DNA from: Octopus sinensis
Taxonomy: Eukaryota
DNA: 64,000 nt
Direction of reading: 5' to 3'
NCBI RefSeq assembly: GCF_006345805.1
Contig: NC_043018.1
Location: forward strand, 27,094,001 to 27,158,000
In this document: positions 23,848 to 35,800 of the stretch, piece by piece
Layout: the number at the start of each line of letters is the position of its first letter
Numbering within the stretch: the first letter of the stretch is position 1
The notes under the pieces: generated by a model
Database searches by the model: none
Seen by the model: the letters and a program-made list of their open reading frames with translations, nothing else
Told to the model about the DNA's origin: nothing
Made by a program: the position numbers and the translations under genes

Positions 23848-24034
23848 CATAGCATATAAACAAAACATATTAATACACAATATTGCATTAATATCATTCA
23901 GCAACAGCCGTATATGTACACTACACTGTTATTGATGAGTGATATTAATGCAATGTTGTTTGTAACATATGTAATATTCAACAATGAACAGCGGGTATTG
24001 GTGCATTTGAAACAATTGTAGTGAAACATAACTC

Positions 24035-24248
24035 TTTCTACTAAAAGCACAAGGCCTAAAATTTGGTGGAGAGGGGTCTAGTCGATTACATCTACCCCCA
24101 GTGTTTGGCTGGTACTTAATTTATCGACCCTGAAGGGATGAAAGGCAAAGTTGACCTCGGCAGATCCTGAGCTCAGAATGTAGTGATGGGCAAAATGTCG
24201 TTAAGCATTTCACCCAGTATGCTAATGATTCTGTCAGCTCGTTACCTT
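24035..24248 (-). mobile_element. SINE family B (decayed)
   Basis: GGATGAAAGGCAAAGTTGACCTCGG. Confidence 0.75.
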
Positions 24249-24454
24249 ATCTAATATATTAAATGCGAACACTAATTTGTGTATCAGTGTGTCACACTTT
24301 GACATCCCTCTCTCACTATTCAATGACATTTCTTTCTGCTGGGGTGAAAGTAATAGTCGGCATAGAGACGGTGAGGGTAGTGGCGAAGAGAGAGAGAGAA
24401 AGAAAAAAGAGGGGGAGAGAAAAAGAAATTTAGGGAGAGTTGATAATTATTTCT

Positions 24455-24672
24455 TTACTACCCCCAAGGGGCTAAACACAGAGAGGACAAACAAGGACAG
24501 ACAGACGGATTAAGTCGATTATATCGACTCCAGTGCATAACTGGTACTTATTTAATCGACCCTGAAAGGATGAAAGGCAAAGTCGACCTCGGCGGAATTT
24601 GAACTCAGAATGTAACGGCAGACAAAATACGGCTAAGCATTGCGCCCGGCGTGCTAAAGTTTCTGCCAGCTC
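24455..24672 (-). mobile_element. SINE family B
   Basis: Near-full reverse copy. Confidence 0.9.
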
Positions 24673-24901
24673 GAGTGTTGCTGGTGGTAATAGCAGTAAT
24701 AATAAGAGAGAGAAAGTGGGAGATGATGCATAACTTTGTTGGACAGAAATTCCTGTGGTCAGCATACTGAACCACCTACTGAACACTATCATTTTTGTTT
24801 TATTTTTTGCTTTCTTTAATATGTATATACATATACATACACACACACATATATAAAATACACATTAATTGAAATACAGTTTCCCAAAAATTAAACATAA
24901 C

Positions 24902-25301
24902 GGATCTTTTCGGTTTGGACGGCAGTTTTTTCAAGCGGTGTCATATGAAACTGTCACCCATAATTATGACCCTAGTATCGATCTATTGCAGTTCAATCTG
25001 TTTTAGGGTTAGGGGTGGGGGGAAGGGTATATTTTTTTTCCTCACAAATGTAAATAAACCCAATCTGTTCCTTAAACGAGGGACATATTCATACGGCATA
25101 GAATGTTTTCACCTCAATAGACGTCATTGATTGGTTGAAATTGAAGAAAAAAAACAAGTATCTTACAAACTATAGAATTTTTTCAATAAAGCCAAGAGAA
25201 AAAGATGTTTTATAAACACATTCTACCAGTATACGAAGTTTAAAAATGTTTAGTTACGTGGAAATTATTTTAAAAAACTGCCGTTCAAACCGAAAAGATC
25301 C
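24902..25301. mobile_element. GGATCTTTTC-TIR MITE with 8-bp TSD
   Basis: GGATCTTTTCGGTTTGGACGGCAGTTTT and AAAACTGCCGTTCAAACCGAAAAGATCC; AACATAAC on both sides. Confidence 0.9.
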
Positions 25302-25484
25302 AACATAACTAATATAATAAATGTGAATGTCAGTGTGCCATACATATACCATTTTGGAATCAGGCTGACTCCGTGAGTAAATTAAAACATTCATTCCGGC
25401 CGAATCCGGACCTGCATTCCTATGTTTTCATTACTGCGATGGTCTTCGGCAACTTTTTTTTTTTTTTTGCCATGATTTTTAGCG

Positions 25485-25625
25485 ACGAATATGATTAATC
25501 ATTGGAATATGACTCTGGAGGAAGCAATTACAACAAATTCTCCAAAAGTCAGAGATCTGTTTGCAGATCTTCCCATTCAGGGTCAATTGCTTAAAAGCCG
25601 CCCTTTCGGGCGTCTTATAAACTAG
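25485..25625 (+). mobile_element. Helitron 3' end fused to a RepHel-like remnant
   Basis: HWNMTLEEAITTNSPKVRDLFA resembles a Helitron RepHel motif; hairpin CGCCC-TTTC-GGGCG lies 9 nt upstream of CTAG|T. Confidence 0.7.
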
Positions 25626-26108
25626 TAGTAGTGGTATATAATAAAACGTGTTTAACCAATCTTCTCGCATTAATATTCTTCCAGGTTCTGTTAACCAAAT
25701 GTACTCACATGGTTTTGGTTAGCCCGAGGCAAAAGTAGAAGAGACTTGCCCAAGGTGCCACACACTGAGATTAAACCTAGAACCACGTGGTTGGGAAACA
25801 AACTCATATAAATATATAAATGCACACACACATATTCTCTTCGTAGTGTAAGATTTCATGACACTGGCAAAGGGTCACGACATGAAATAATTGACCTCGG
25901 AAATAAACAGTCATAGTTTCCCATGACTTTCTAATAATTTCTAAATTAAGCACATTTTTGATAAAGAAATTAAAAAAAATATTTGGCGAACGTAAAGAAT
26001 ACGCTCGCCACCCGTTTTCGGCGTAACAAAAACCCCAAACCTAAACACCGGGTGTGCGTATTATTTATCTTCGCGAAATGTTATATATATAAATATATAT
26101 ACATATAT

Positions 26109-26378
26109 GGTACTACTTGGGAACAGTGGTCCCGGTGCGCGCACTCGCGTACCCGCGCTAGCTAGTCATGACTAGTCGATCCTTACTTTGTGTTTTTTTT
26201 GTTATTTACTTTGTTTAGGAAAAGATCCTTATTATTTACTTTGTGTAAAAAATTTTTATTTATTTTGTGTTTCATTTACCTTGCTAGGTAGTCGTAGGAT
26301 CGACTAGTCACGACTAGCTAGCGCGGATGCGCGACTACGCGAGTGCGTGCACCGGGACCACTGTTCTCAAGTGGTACC
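26109..26378. mobile_element. MITE with about 75-bp GC/CpG-rich TIRs in a TA tract
   Basis: GGTACTACTTGGGAACAGTGGTCCCGGTGCG and CGTGCACCGGGACCACTGTTCTCAAGTGGTACC. Confidence 0.85.
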
Positions 26379-27822
26379 TATATATATATATATATGTGTA
26401 CATATAAATACACGCACACACACACATATATACATATATATATACACAATTGTGAGAAGCCGGTGATTCATTTGGTCGACGCGGAGAGAATTGTAAAATA
26501 CAAGAAAACGCGCGTGTTTAGAGCGGTACAGAACCACGTGGTTATGGATACCTTGCTATACACAACGAACTGGAGAGATAAAACATGTAGTTAACTTGAC
26601 GTTCAAATGAAATTAAGTAAACTGATAAACATCCCTACCATATATATATGTATATGTATAAATATATATATATATATATCAGAGAAAAAGCTCTATATAT
26701 ATGGGGAGGGGCAGAATTAGTAAGCGGGGTAAAATGAGTAATTTTTAAATTTTTATTTTACCTGTTTGTAATCATTACATTAGCATGTATTGCATCATCT
26801 TTTGGGAGGGAAAATTACTCGGTTCAGTTGTTGAAGTTGAAGGAGTTTTAAACAAAGACGACAGGCTCTTTTTTTTCTTCCAGAAATATTTTCTCAAACA
26901 TCTCGTTTCTAATTCTGGTTGCTAATAAAAACCGTTGATAAATTTTGGCGTTTAATAATCAATATTCTTTTCTCAGTTGGAATCCAAGTCAATTTTTTTC
27001 CAAAAAAAAAAATCATCTGAAATAGGGTAAAATGAATAATAACTAATTCCCAAATTTTTTTTTTTCTTTAACTACATGGTGCGTAAGTGTATCGGGAAGA
27101 GAGTCACTCCAGCAGACCACGAAGAATTTCTAGAGAATATTTGGTATTGAAATTTGTTTATGAGTTTCGTTAATTTTATATCACGTACCATTTCTCCCTG
27201 ATCTTCATTCATTTGACTTAGATATTTAAATTGTTTTTGCAGCATTCCTGATCTTTCTAATGTGTAAGGATGGATATTGATGTGTAGTGTACAAATATTT
27301 TTATATACATAATTCTGAAGAATCGAAGTGGCTTGGCTTACTCATTTTGCCCCAGCTAAATTTGTTTTTTTATCTTCTCAAAGAGAACGGCGATAATTTT
27401 CTGTAGAGTTTAGATTATGTTATAATGTTTTTAATGAATTAAGAGAAGATCGTTTGCTTAGCTGATATAATTTTTGTAAGGCTGTAAACAATCGCAAAAA
27501 ATATATTTCTTCTCAAATGTCAAAAATGTAGTAGAATTCCTCATTGTGCCCCACCCTCCTATATATGGCATACATACATACGTACGCCCACACCGAATTT
27601 GTTTCCCCATAGCTTTCAGTAAAATGTATATTTTATAATGAAATTTTCTACGAATACCTTTTAGTTTGTGTAAATTATGTATATATCAGAATTTAATATG
27701 AAACAAGCAAAAATGAAAACTGGTGACCGCGCACACATATAAAGCGACACAAATCGCAATGTTTTCAAAATTTCAAGTTTCATTTTGCAGATATTTACGT
27801 ATCAGTATGTATGTGTGCGTAT

Positions 27823-27983
27823 CCAGGGGCCGACTGAGCCGTCGGTCAATCGAACAATGCCCAAGGGCCCGGAGCTCTGTGGGGCTCGTACTCTACATTT
27901 TAACTCTCTTTGATATCAATGCTAAGGGGCCCGGTGAACAGTTATGCCCAAAGGGCCCTTAATACTCTCAAGTCCGCTCCTGG
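27823..27983. mobile_element. Small hAT-like MITE
   Basis: CCAGGGGCCGACT and AGTCCGCTCCTGG; imperfect 8-bp flanking duplication (tgcgtatc / cgcgcatc). Confidence 0.5.
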
Positions 27984-28304
27984 CGCGCATCCATCAATTT
28001 GTTTATTTTTATATCAAATTCCGTTATAATTGTAATCTACACCATCTGAAAGGTACCTGGGAAAAATTTCATTAAAAAAATATTCTTCTGAAAGTTATGA
28101 GGAAACAAAGTCGGTATGGAGCCTAATTGTGTAGGTATGCCTATATATATATTAAATACGTGTGTGGAATCGAATTTCGCGTGTATCATGATTGCGCTTA
28201 TACGAAACTCCTGACTGTCGAGTCAATTTCTTTCAATTAAAAAGATATATACTCCAATCAAATGTGTTGAGGGCCATTTTCGTTCCTTTGTCCACGCAGT
28301 CTAG

Positions 28305-29010
28305 TGTGTGTGTGTGTGTGTATGTATGTATGTGTGTGTGTGTATGTATGTATGTGTGTGTGTATGTATGTATGTTTGTATGTATGTATGTACGTATGTA
28401 TGTATGTACGTATGTACGTATGTATGTATGTATGTATGCATTTACATATGTATGTGTGTATGTATGTATGCATGTGTGTATGTATGTACGTATGTATGTA
28501 TATATGTATTATGTACGTATGCATGTATGTTTTATGTACGTATGCATGTATGTATGTATGTATGTGTGTATGCATATATGCATGTATGTATGTATGTGTG
28601 TATGTATATATGTATGTATGTATGCATGTATATATGCATGTATGTATGTGTGTATGCATGTATGTATATATGCATGTATGTATGTGTGTATGTATGTGTA
28701 TGCATGCATGCATGATGTATGTATAAATGTACGTATGTATGTATGCATGTACGTACGTATGTATGTATGTATGTATGCATGTATGTATGTATGCATCTAT
28801 GTATGTATGTATGTATGTATGCATGTATGTATGTATGTATGCATGTATGTATGTATGTATGCATGTATGTATGCATGTATGTATGTATGCATGCATGCAT
28901 GTATGTATGCATGTATGTATGTATGTATGCATATATGTATGCATATATGTATGTATGTATGTATGCATATATGTATGTATGTACGTACGTATGTATGTAT
29001 GTGTATATGT
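28305..29010. repeat. About 700-bp (TATG/TGCA) cryptic microsatellite
   Basis: Direct inspection. Confidence 0.95.
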
Positions 29011-29162
29011 TTGTCCACGTCGCGGTATTCGTTGTTTACTTCGTTTTAAAAACCGGTGTCGTGTCCCGAGTAATTTTATCCCATAACGTTGGGATTCGAG
29101 AAATAAATAAATAAATAGATAAAAAATAATGGATTAAACTTAAAATCCGAACCGAAATAAAT

Positions 29163-29458
29163 ACTTACAAGGACCGATGGTGATATTACCAATGAAAGAA
29201 AAAGAAAAAGCATGCCCGTGCCTGGACATGTCCTTTGACTACACACACACGCACGCACGCACACAAACAGACACACACACGCACATGCCTTCGCATTAGC
29301 CAATACGTTGCAGTATCTGCTCTCTCTCTCTCTTTCTCTCTATCTCTCTCTCTCACTCTCTCTACCCCTCGTTCTTTCCCGCTCTCTTTGTGTGTGTCTT
29401 CGCAAACCACGCTCGTTGAATGAGCTGCGAAAACATCTACCTCCTGATACAGGTGAGT
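29163..29458. promoter_or_regulatory. Candidate divergent promoter / first exons
   Basis: Plus donor CAG|GTGAGT at 29452/29453; minus donor CTT|GTAAGT at 29169/29168; AGCCAAT at 29298-29304 and a (CT)n tract between them; CpG-rich surroundings. Confidence 0.45.
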
Positions 29459-30960
29459 CATTTTGCTTTAACATTACGATCATCAATATCACCAATCATC
29501 ATTATTATTGTCATGTCCCTGTGGCTAATATCAGGAATTATTATCATCATTATTATATGTTTCACGTGGATAAAGAGCGCGATAGAAACAGGAAGGCTGT
29601 CAACGTCTGCTTTCCATTCTCTAATTTCTCTTTCACTATTTCTTTTAACATTTCACATCTTCTCTTAAACCTAAGTAATCTATGTATATTAAAATCATTC
29701 CTAAATTTATACGTTATAAATACCACTCGTGATGCTTATACAATATTGGAGCATCATATATACATATGTTCACTATAGCAAACATATGTACGGGGTCGTT
29801 AGAAATTGAAAGAACTATTTCGATTAAAACAAAGGGAGAACCATTGTCTAGAATCTTAAAAATAATTTTAAAAAAAGACTAGAAATAATATTTCTTAGCT
29901 TATTTTTTGTTTCAAAGAAGCAAGATGCAGTAGTAATTTTAGCAAAATTCAACACTTCTTCGTTATAATAATCCACTTATCTTTGGTCGTCCGGCGCTTG
30001 AATCAGTACTTTCTTTACTGCTATTTAACCATTGGTCATCTGTGATCGAACACACCAAACTTGGGATCAGTCTTAAATTCCACGATCACTCATCATATTA
30101 GAGTTAGTTTCTTTATTTAAGACGGGTGTTAGTGATTTAAGGAACCCGGCTGCTGTTTCTAACACCGGGCTATTGCACAAGAAGCTCATTGGGTGAAATG
30201 TGTTTACTAGTTTGTCTTCGTTGCAAATTTTTCGCATAAGTATCGAAATATGGTTTTTTCTTCATCTTTTAGCTTCTTTACAAATCGTCTTTGCCATTTC
30301 CCTTCACCTGTTATCTCTGAATTTAAAATTCTAATGGAAAACTGATTTGCGTTAAACCACGCTCTTCGATTTGACTTTTATTTTTCGCGATGCTTTTACA
30401 TAACGGTCGTAAAGTTGAAAAGAATGCACAAATAGAAACCTAATTTAATTTAAATATCGAATAAACAAAATTTCAACATAAGCATACTTAATGATATTTT
30501 AAATCTATAAATTAAACAAAATATAGCTGTATGATTTAATCCTTGCTTTTACGGTCCTAAAATTCCCCATTATGTGTGGGTAAAAAACCAATTTCAGTTT
30601 CGAGCCGTAAAAGTGAGGATACCGACCAGAAGCTAAATAGAAGCTGATTGTTCTTGTGAAATAAGACACCCAGCATATGCGTGTTCTTTGTTCTTTTGTG
30701 GTGCCTAGGAGAATTTAGCTGTTATTTCTAGCAAGCGTGTGTGTCGTTATATCTTACGGTCTCTATTATATTTCGGATGTTTTCGCATGTTTTACTGTCT
30801 TCTGAACACCGTCTTCCATATAGATATATACATTTGTATTTATAGTTTCTCTTAACTAATTGCCGGGAGACAAAATTAACGATAGATTTGTAAATACGTT
30901 AAAATTAAAACATTGTACTTTTTCATTGATGTTTATATTTTCGATCCTTCTATTGTGAAG

Positions 30961-31143
30961 GATATTGTGAAAGTGGTGTGTTGGCGGTGGCGGTGGTGGG
31001 AGTTTGGATGATGAAATATTGCAAGATCTTGCAATAGCTTTTGAAAGAGGCGGTCCCCACTACGATCAATGGGTTTCATGCCTAGCGGAAATTAATGAGA
31101 ACAACGAAAAGATGGGATGGTGGCAACTATAATGTATGATCAG
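30961..31143 (+). other. Candidate exon with start codon (MVATIMYDQ| phase 0)
   Basis: Pyrimidine-rich tract plus AG at 30960; in-frame TGA at 31096, ATG at 31117 and 31132; donor CAG|GTCAGT. Confidence 0.4.
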
Positions 31144-31744
31144 GTCAGTCAACTCGTCAAACGTGTGTAAATATGTAGAGTATGTATATATATATATGTA
31201 TATACGTATACACGCACTATCATCGTATTCGAAGTAACCTTGTATTATACATCTCTATGCGCACAATACACCTGCTTACACGCGCGCGTATAAACATAAT
31301 ACGATGAAATCTTTACGTGGTTACTTAGCATGCTAGAAATAACAGCCAAATATCTCAAATTACGCACCTTTATGCCAGTAATGAGAGGCGGTAATCATGT
31401 TAGATTTGCTATTTTTCATGTCTCCGCTCGATTAATGGACGCTTGTTAATTTGTAATTAGCCTGGCAGTAATGAAGTTTTTAAGCTTTACGTTATAAAGG
31501 TCTGGTTTAATCATTCAATAACAGATTCCTGCGTTTGTTCATTTGTAAGAATATGTGGCGGAGGTAAAGAAAAATGTACACCATCCGTTTTCGGCCTAAC
31601 GAAAACCCTAACCCCAAACGCCGGGTGGTCACCATGTGACAGCTACATACATACATATATGCACATGTGTGTGTGTGTTTGTATGTGTATTATGTACGTA
31701 TGTGTGCGTATGCCTACATATATATATATATATATATATAATCT

Positions 31745-31910
31745 GCATTGTCATTTAACGTTCGTTTTCCATGCTGCCATGGGTTGGACGGTATGTCAGG
31801 AGCTGACCAGCTGTCGAGCAGCCCACGCTGGTTTCTACAGCTGGATGCCCTTCCTAACGCTAAACCACCATACAGTGTTCTGGGTGTTTTTTTACCTAGC
31901 ACCGGTACAT
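31745..31910 (-). mobile_element. RTE 3' tail fragment
   Basis: TTTAACGTTCGTTTTCCATGCTGCCATGGGTTGGACGG. Confidence 0.7.
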
Positions 31911-31920
31911 GTATATCTGC

Positions 31921-31953
<33 letters not shown>

Positions 31954-32010
31954 AACACATGTACATATGTATAAGCATGTGCGTATACATATGTGCATAT
32001 ATATTTATAT

Positions 32011-32264
32011 GCGTGGAGGCGCAATGGCCCAGTGGTTAGGGCAGCGGACTCGCGGTTTCGATTCCCAGACCCGACGTTGTGAGTGTTTATTGAGCGAAAA
32101 CACCTAAAACCTCCACGACGCTCCGGCAGGGGGTGGTGATCCCTGCTGTACTCTTTCACCACTCTTTCTTCTGTTGGCCAGCGGGGTGGCGTCATTCAAA
32201 GGCTAAAACAATGCGAACGCATTGTGACCAGCGACGTGTAACAACATCTGATGGTCTGGTCGGT

Positions 32265-32270
<6 letters not shown>
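32011..32270 (+). mobile_element. SINE family C
   Basis: GTGGAGGCGCAATGGCCCAGTGGTTAGGGCAGCGGACTCGCGG...GGTCACGTGAT. Confidence 0.9.
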
Positions 32271-32320
<50 letters not shown>

Positions 32321-32649
32321 ATATATATATATATATGCATATTTATACATTTATATTGTTTATACTTATGTATATATGTGCATCTATCTATCTAATCATG
32401 CTAAGGGCCCACAATCCTTTAAGCGATATTTGCATCCTAGTGTTCAGTGAAACCTAAATACGTTAGTTTTGCATTGAAGTATATTGGTATTCAAAATATT
32501 TATGAAATAGGAAAAGGAAGAAAATGGAGAAGTTGGTGTATAGACATCTATTTATTCAAAGATATATATATATATGCAGAATATATAATATGAAATCCTT
32601 GTCCCTACAACCCTTTGCATGTCCAATTAATTTCAATTAGAGAAATTAA

Positions 32650-32703
<54 letters not shown>

Positions 32704-33167
32704 TATATATAAACAAACTTTAGGCTGTTTCTATACATAATACGACTTGATATACAACGATATAGCAAGAACAGAATAATTACAAAGATAATTTAAGAAC
32801 TATCTTAGATGGGTGTGAGATTCTTCTAAGTACCCTCCCAGAAAATCCGCCCCCTAAGATTTAATTGATATCACACACTCGCGCCCACGCTAGCACACTC
32901 GCCTACGCGCCATCCAAGTGCGCTCACATCCATGCAAGATGTACTTAGGTTCGCCTCCTCTCCCTTATTTGAAATTGTATTTGTTAGTTTAGCCCCTGGC
33001 CAGTTCTAACCTAGCTGCTGCAGACATGTTAAAAATTAAAATTAGGGGGAAAAAAAGAAATAAAAGCTTTCGTGCTGGAAACACACTGTTTTAAGTTCGG
33101 ACTACATGCATGCGTATTTTATAGGAAGACGGGCACACAGGCTTAACTGTTCATCTATCTATCTATC

Positions 33168-33384
33168 CGCCGAGGTCGACTTTGCCTTTCATCCTTTCAG
33201 GGTCGATAAATAAAGTACCAGTTTCGCACTGGGGTCGATATAATCGACTTAATCCCTTTGTCTGTCCTTGTTTGTCCCCTCTATGTTTAGCCCCTTGTGG
33301 GCAATAAAGAAATCTATCTATCTATGTATGTATCTATCTATATCTGTCTGTCCATCATCCATCCATCCATCCATCCATCCATCC

Positions 33385-33458
<74 letters not shown>

Positions 33459-33459
33459 G

Positions 33460-33525
<66 letters not shown>
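33168..33525 (+). mobile_element. 5'-truncated SINE-B followed by (CATC)/(TATC)n
   Basis: CCGCCGAGGTCGACTTTGCC...GCAATAAAGAAAT, then microsatellite. Confidence 0.85.
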
Positions 33526-33526
<1 letters not shown>

Positions 33527-34184
33527 TTCTGTGTCTGTCTGTTTCTATCTATCTGAATGTCTAAATGTGTGATACACTTGAAGAAACATAACAGCATTAA
33601 TGAGTTTCTTTATAACATATAAGACGGTAGAGTATGATTCGAGGGAGATTTTGCTACTATATATAGCAGTCTTTTGCTTGCTTGTTAACGGGCTTTGTCC
33701 GCATGTTTTAAGGACTAGCACGAGGTAACCTAACCCTTTAACATCGCGCAACGCTTATGTTTAAGGTAGCAGCGTGACTAGGGTCCCATGTAGGAGAAAG
33801 AAGGGGATGGGAGAGAGACTGCGTGGTCCTGTTCGAGCTGTTAGAAATAGCGAATCTTTCGTGTTTCAGTAAATTTTTAAATTTCAAAAAGTATGAGCCA
33901 AACAGTAAAGATCCGGAATAGCAACCAAAGGGACACGCGCGTTAATTTAATCCCTTCATGCACAATGTCTGCTCTGCTAGAAATAGCTGTCAAATCTCCA
34001 TAGAAACTAATCCATGTCGTTTCGCTACAGTGAAACACATACGCATACACGAGTAGATGTGATCCTTAGACACGCAATGCTTGATCTGTTAGAAATAGCA
34101 GGTAAATCTCCCTTAAATCAAATCTGAACATCTTGTATAACGAAATGACATGGTTAGATGATGTAGTCTTAGCTATATCTATTT

Positions 34185-34409
34185 CTTTACTACTCACAAG
34201 GGGCTAAACACAGAGGGGACAAACAAGGACAGACATAGGTATTAATTCGATTACATCGACTCCAGTGCGTAACTGGTATTTAATTTATCGACCCCGAAAG
34301 GATGAAAGACGAAGTCGACCTTGGCGGAATTTGAACTCAGAACGTAGCAGCAGACGAAATACCGCTACGCATTTCGCCGGCATGCTAACGATTCTGCCAG
34401 CTCGCCGCC
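34185..34409 (-). mobile_element. SINE family B, CpG-intact
   Basis: Near-full reverse copy. Confidence 0.9.
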
Positions 34410-35599
34410 TTAAAAGATCACGATCGACCCGGGACTAAAAAACTACAACAGGGTGGTTATGGTTGGAACGCGGTTGGTCGTAGGCTTGTTGAGTCAAAGT
34501 TGCTTGGTGTTCATCAATACTTTAGAAAGGATATCGTACACAACTGAGTGGAAATATAATTAAAAGAATATTTAATTTTGAGGGAGATGTGATTGCTATT
34601 TCTAAGGAGGAGGTCGGTCTCGTAGGAAGAATCCAGTTGTTGTTTAGCCTCAGGTCAGCCCTGATGGAGCAAGCTCTCTGATCAAAGGCCTTCTGGCCTT
34701 GTCCTTCCCTCTTGGTTCCTACACGAACTGAACTTGAGACCTATCATCCCAGGGTGTGATTTGAGCACCATTTGGCTACTATTTCTCACAAAGTGGACAC
34801 CCGCAGGGTATCTTCTGATTGGGTTGTACCTAAGGGGATTTTGATAATATTTTGCAGGTCAAACCACCTCATAGACTTATTCCTTCCTGTTTTGAGAGGG
34901 GATTTAGGGAATTTGTGGAATTTAGTTCTTATTTCTAGCAGGTCGAACGTCTATGTAGTGGCTCCATTTCTGGACTTGTTCCTTCCTCTTTTAAGAGAGT
35001 ATATTGTCGGTTAAAGGAAATTTAGTTAATTTGTAGCAGGCTGAACTACCACGTAGACTGTCCTCTTTGTGGTCTTTATCCTTCCTATTTGAAGATAACA
35101 TGTTGTAGCACAAAAGGAATTAAGTTGCTATTTTTGGCAGATTGTACTACCACAGAGAGGTCACTTTTTATTGACTTGTTCCTTCATTTTTTAAGAAGGT
35201 ATGCTGTAGTTTGACGGGAGATTTGGTTGCTATTTTTAACAGATCAAAGCTACTCATTGTTGGCCTCGTTTTCGTTCCGTTTTTTTTTTGCACGTGTTTA
35301 TGTGTGATATGAGGTTTTGTCTCTGTGTGTGTGTGTGTGTGTATTGTGTATGTATGCATGTGTCTGCGTGCGTATTTGTACGATTTTTTTTCTTTTTGTC
35401 TTATGTTGGATTATCTTCTAATCCGCACTGTAAAACATTTTAATTACCATTGCCAGAGGTATTCAGAGTGATGTTTGTTAGTTCATCTTTAAACCAGTGC
35501 ACTAGGTAAATAGAGCTTTGCGAACTGCTTTGCAAAGTGAGTGGTGGTGGTGACGACGATAATAATAATAATAATAATAATAGCAATAATAGTAATAAT

Positions 35600-35800
35600 A
35601 ATCATCATCATCATCATCGTTTAGTGTCCGCTTTCCATGCTGGCATGGGTTGGACGGTGCAACTGGAGTCTGGGAAGCCAGAAGGCTGCACCAGGCCCAG
35701 TCTGATCTGGCAATGTTTCTACGGCTGGATGCCCTTTCTAACGCCAACCACTCCATGAGTGTAGTGGGTGCTTTTTACGTGCCACCGGCACAGGTGCCAG
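35600..35800 (-). mobile_element. RTE 3' tail copy
   Basis: (CAT)n-CGTTTAGTGTCCGCTTTCCATGC. Confidence 0.85.

Noticed and set aside
28192-29114. Long ORFs up to 285 aa (YVCM / HTYI repeats), and similar ORFs at 3509, 6982, 13119, 45485 and 62643
   Set aside because: Translations of microsatellites that lack stop codons by composition.
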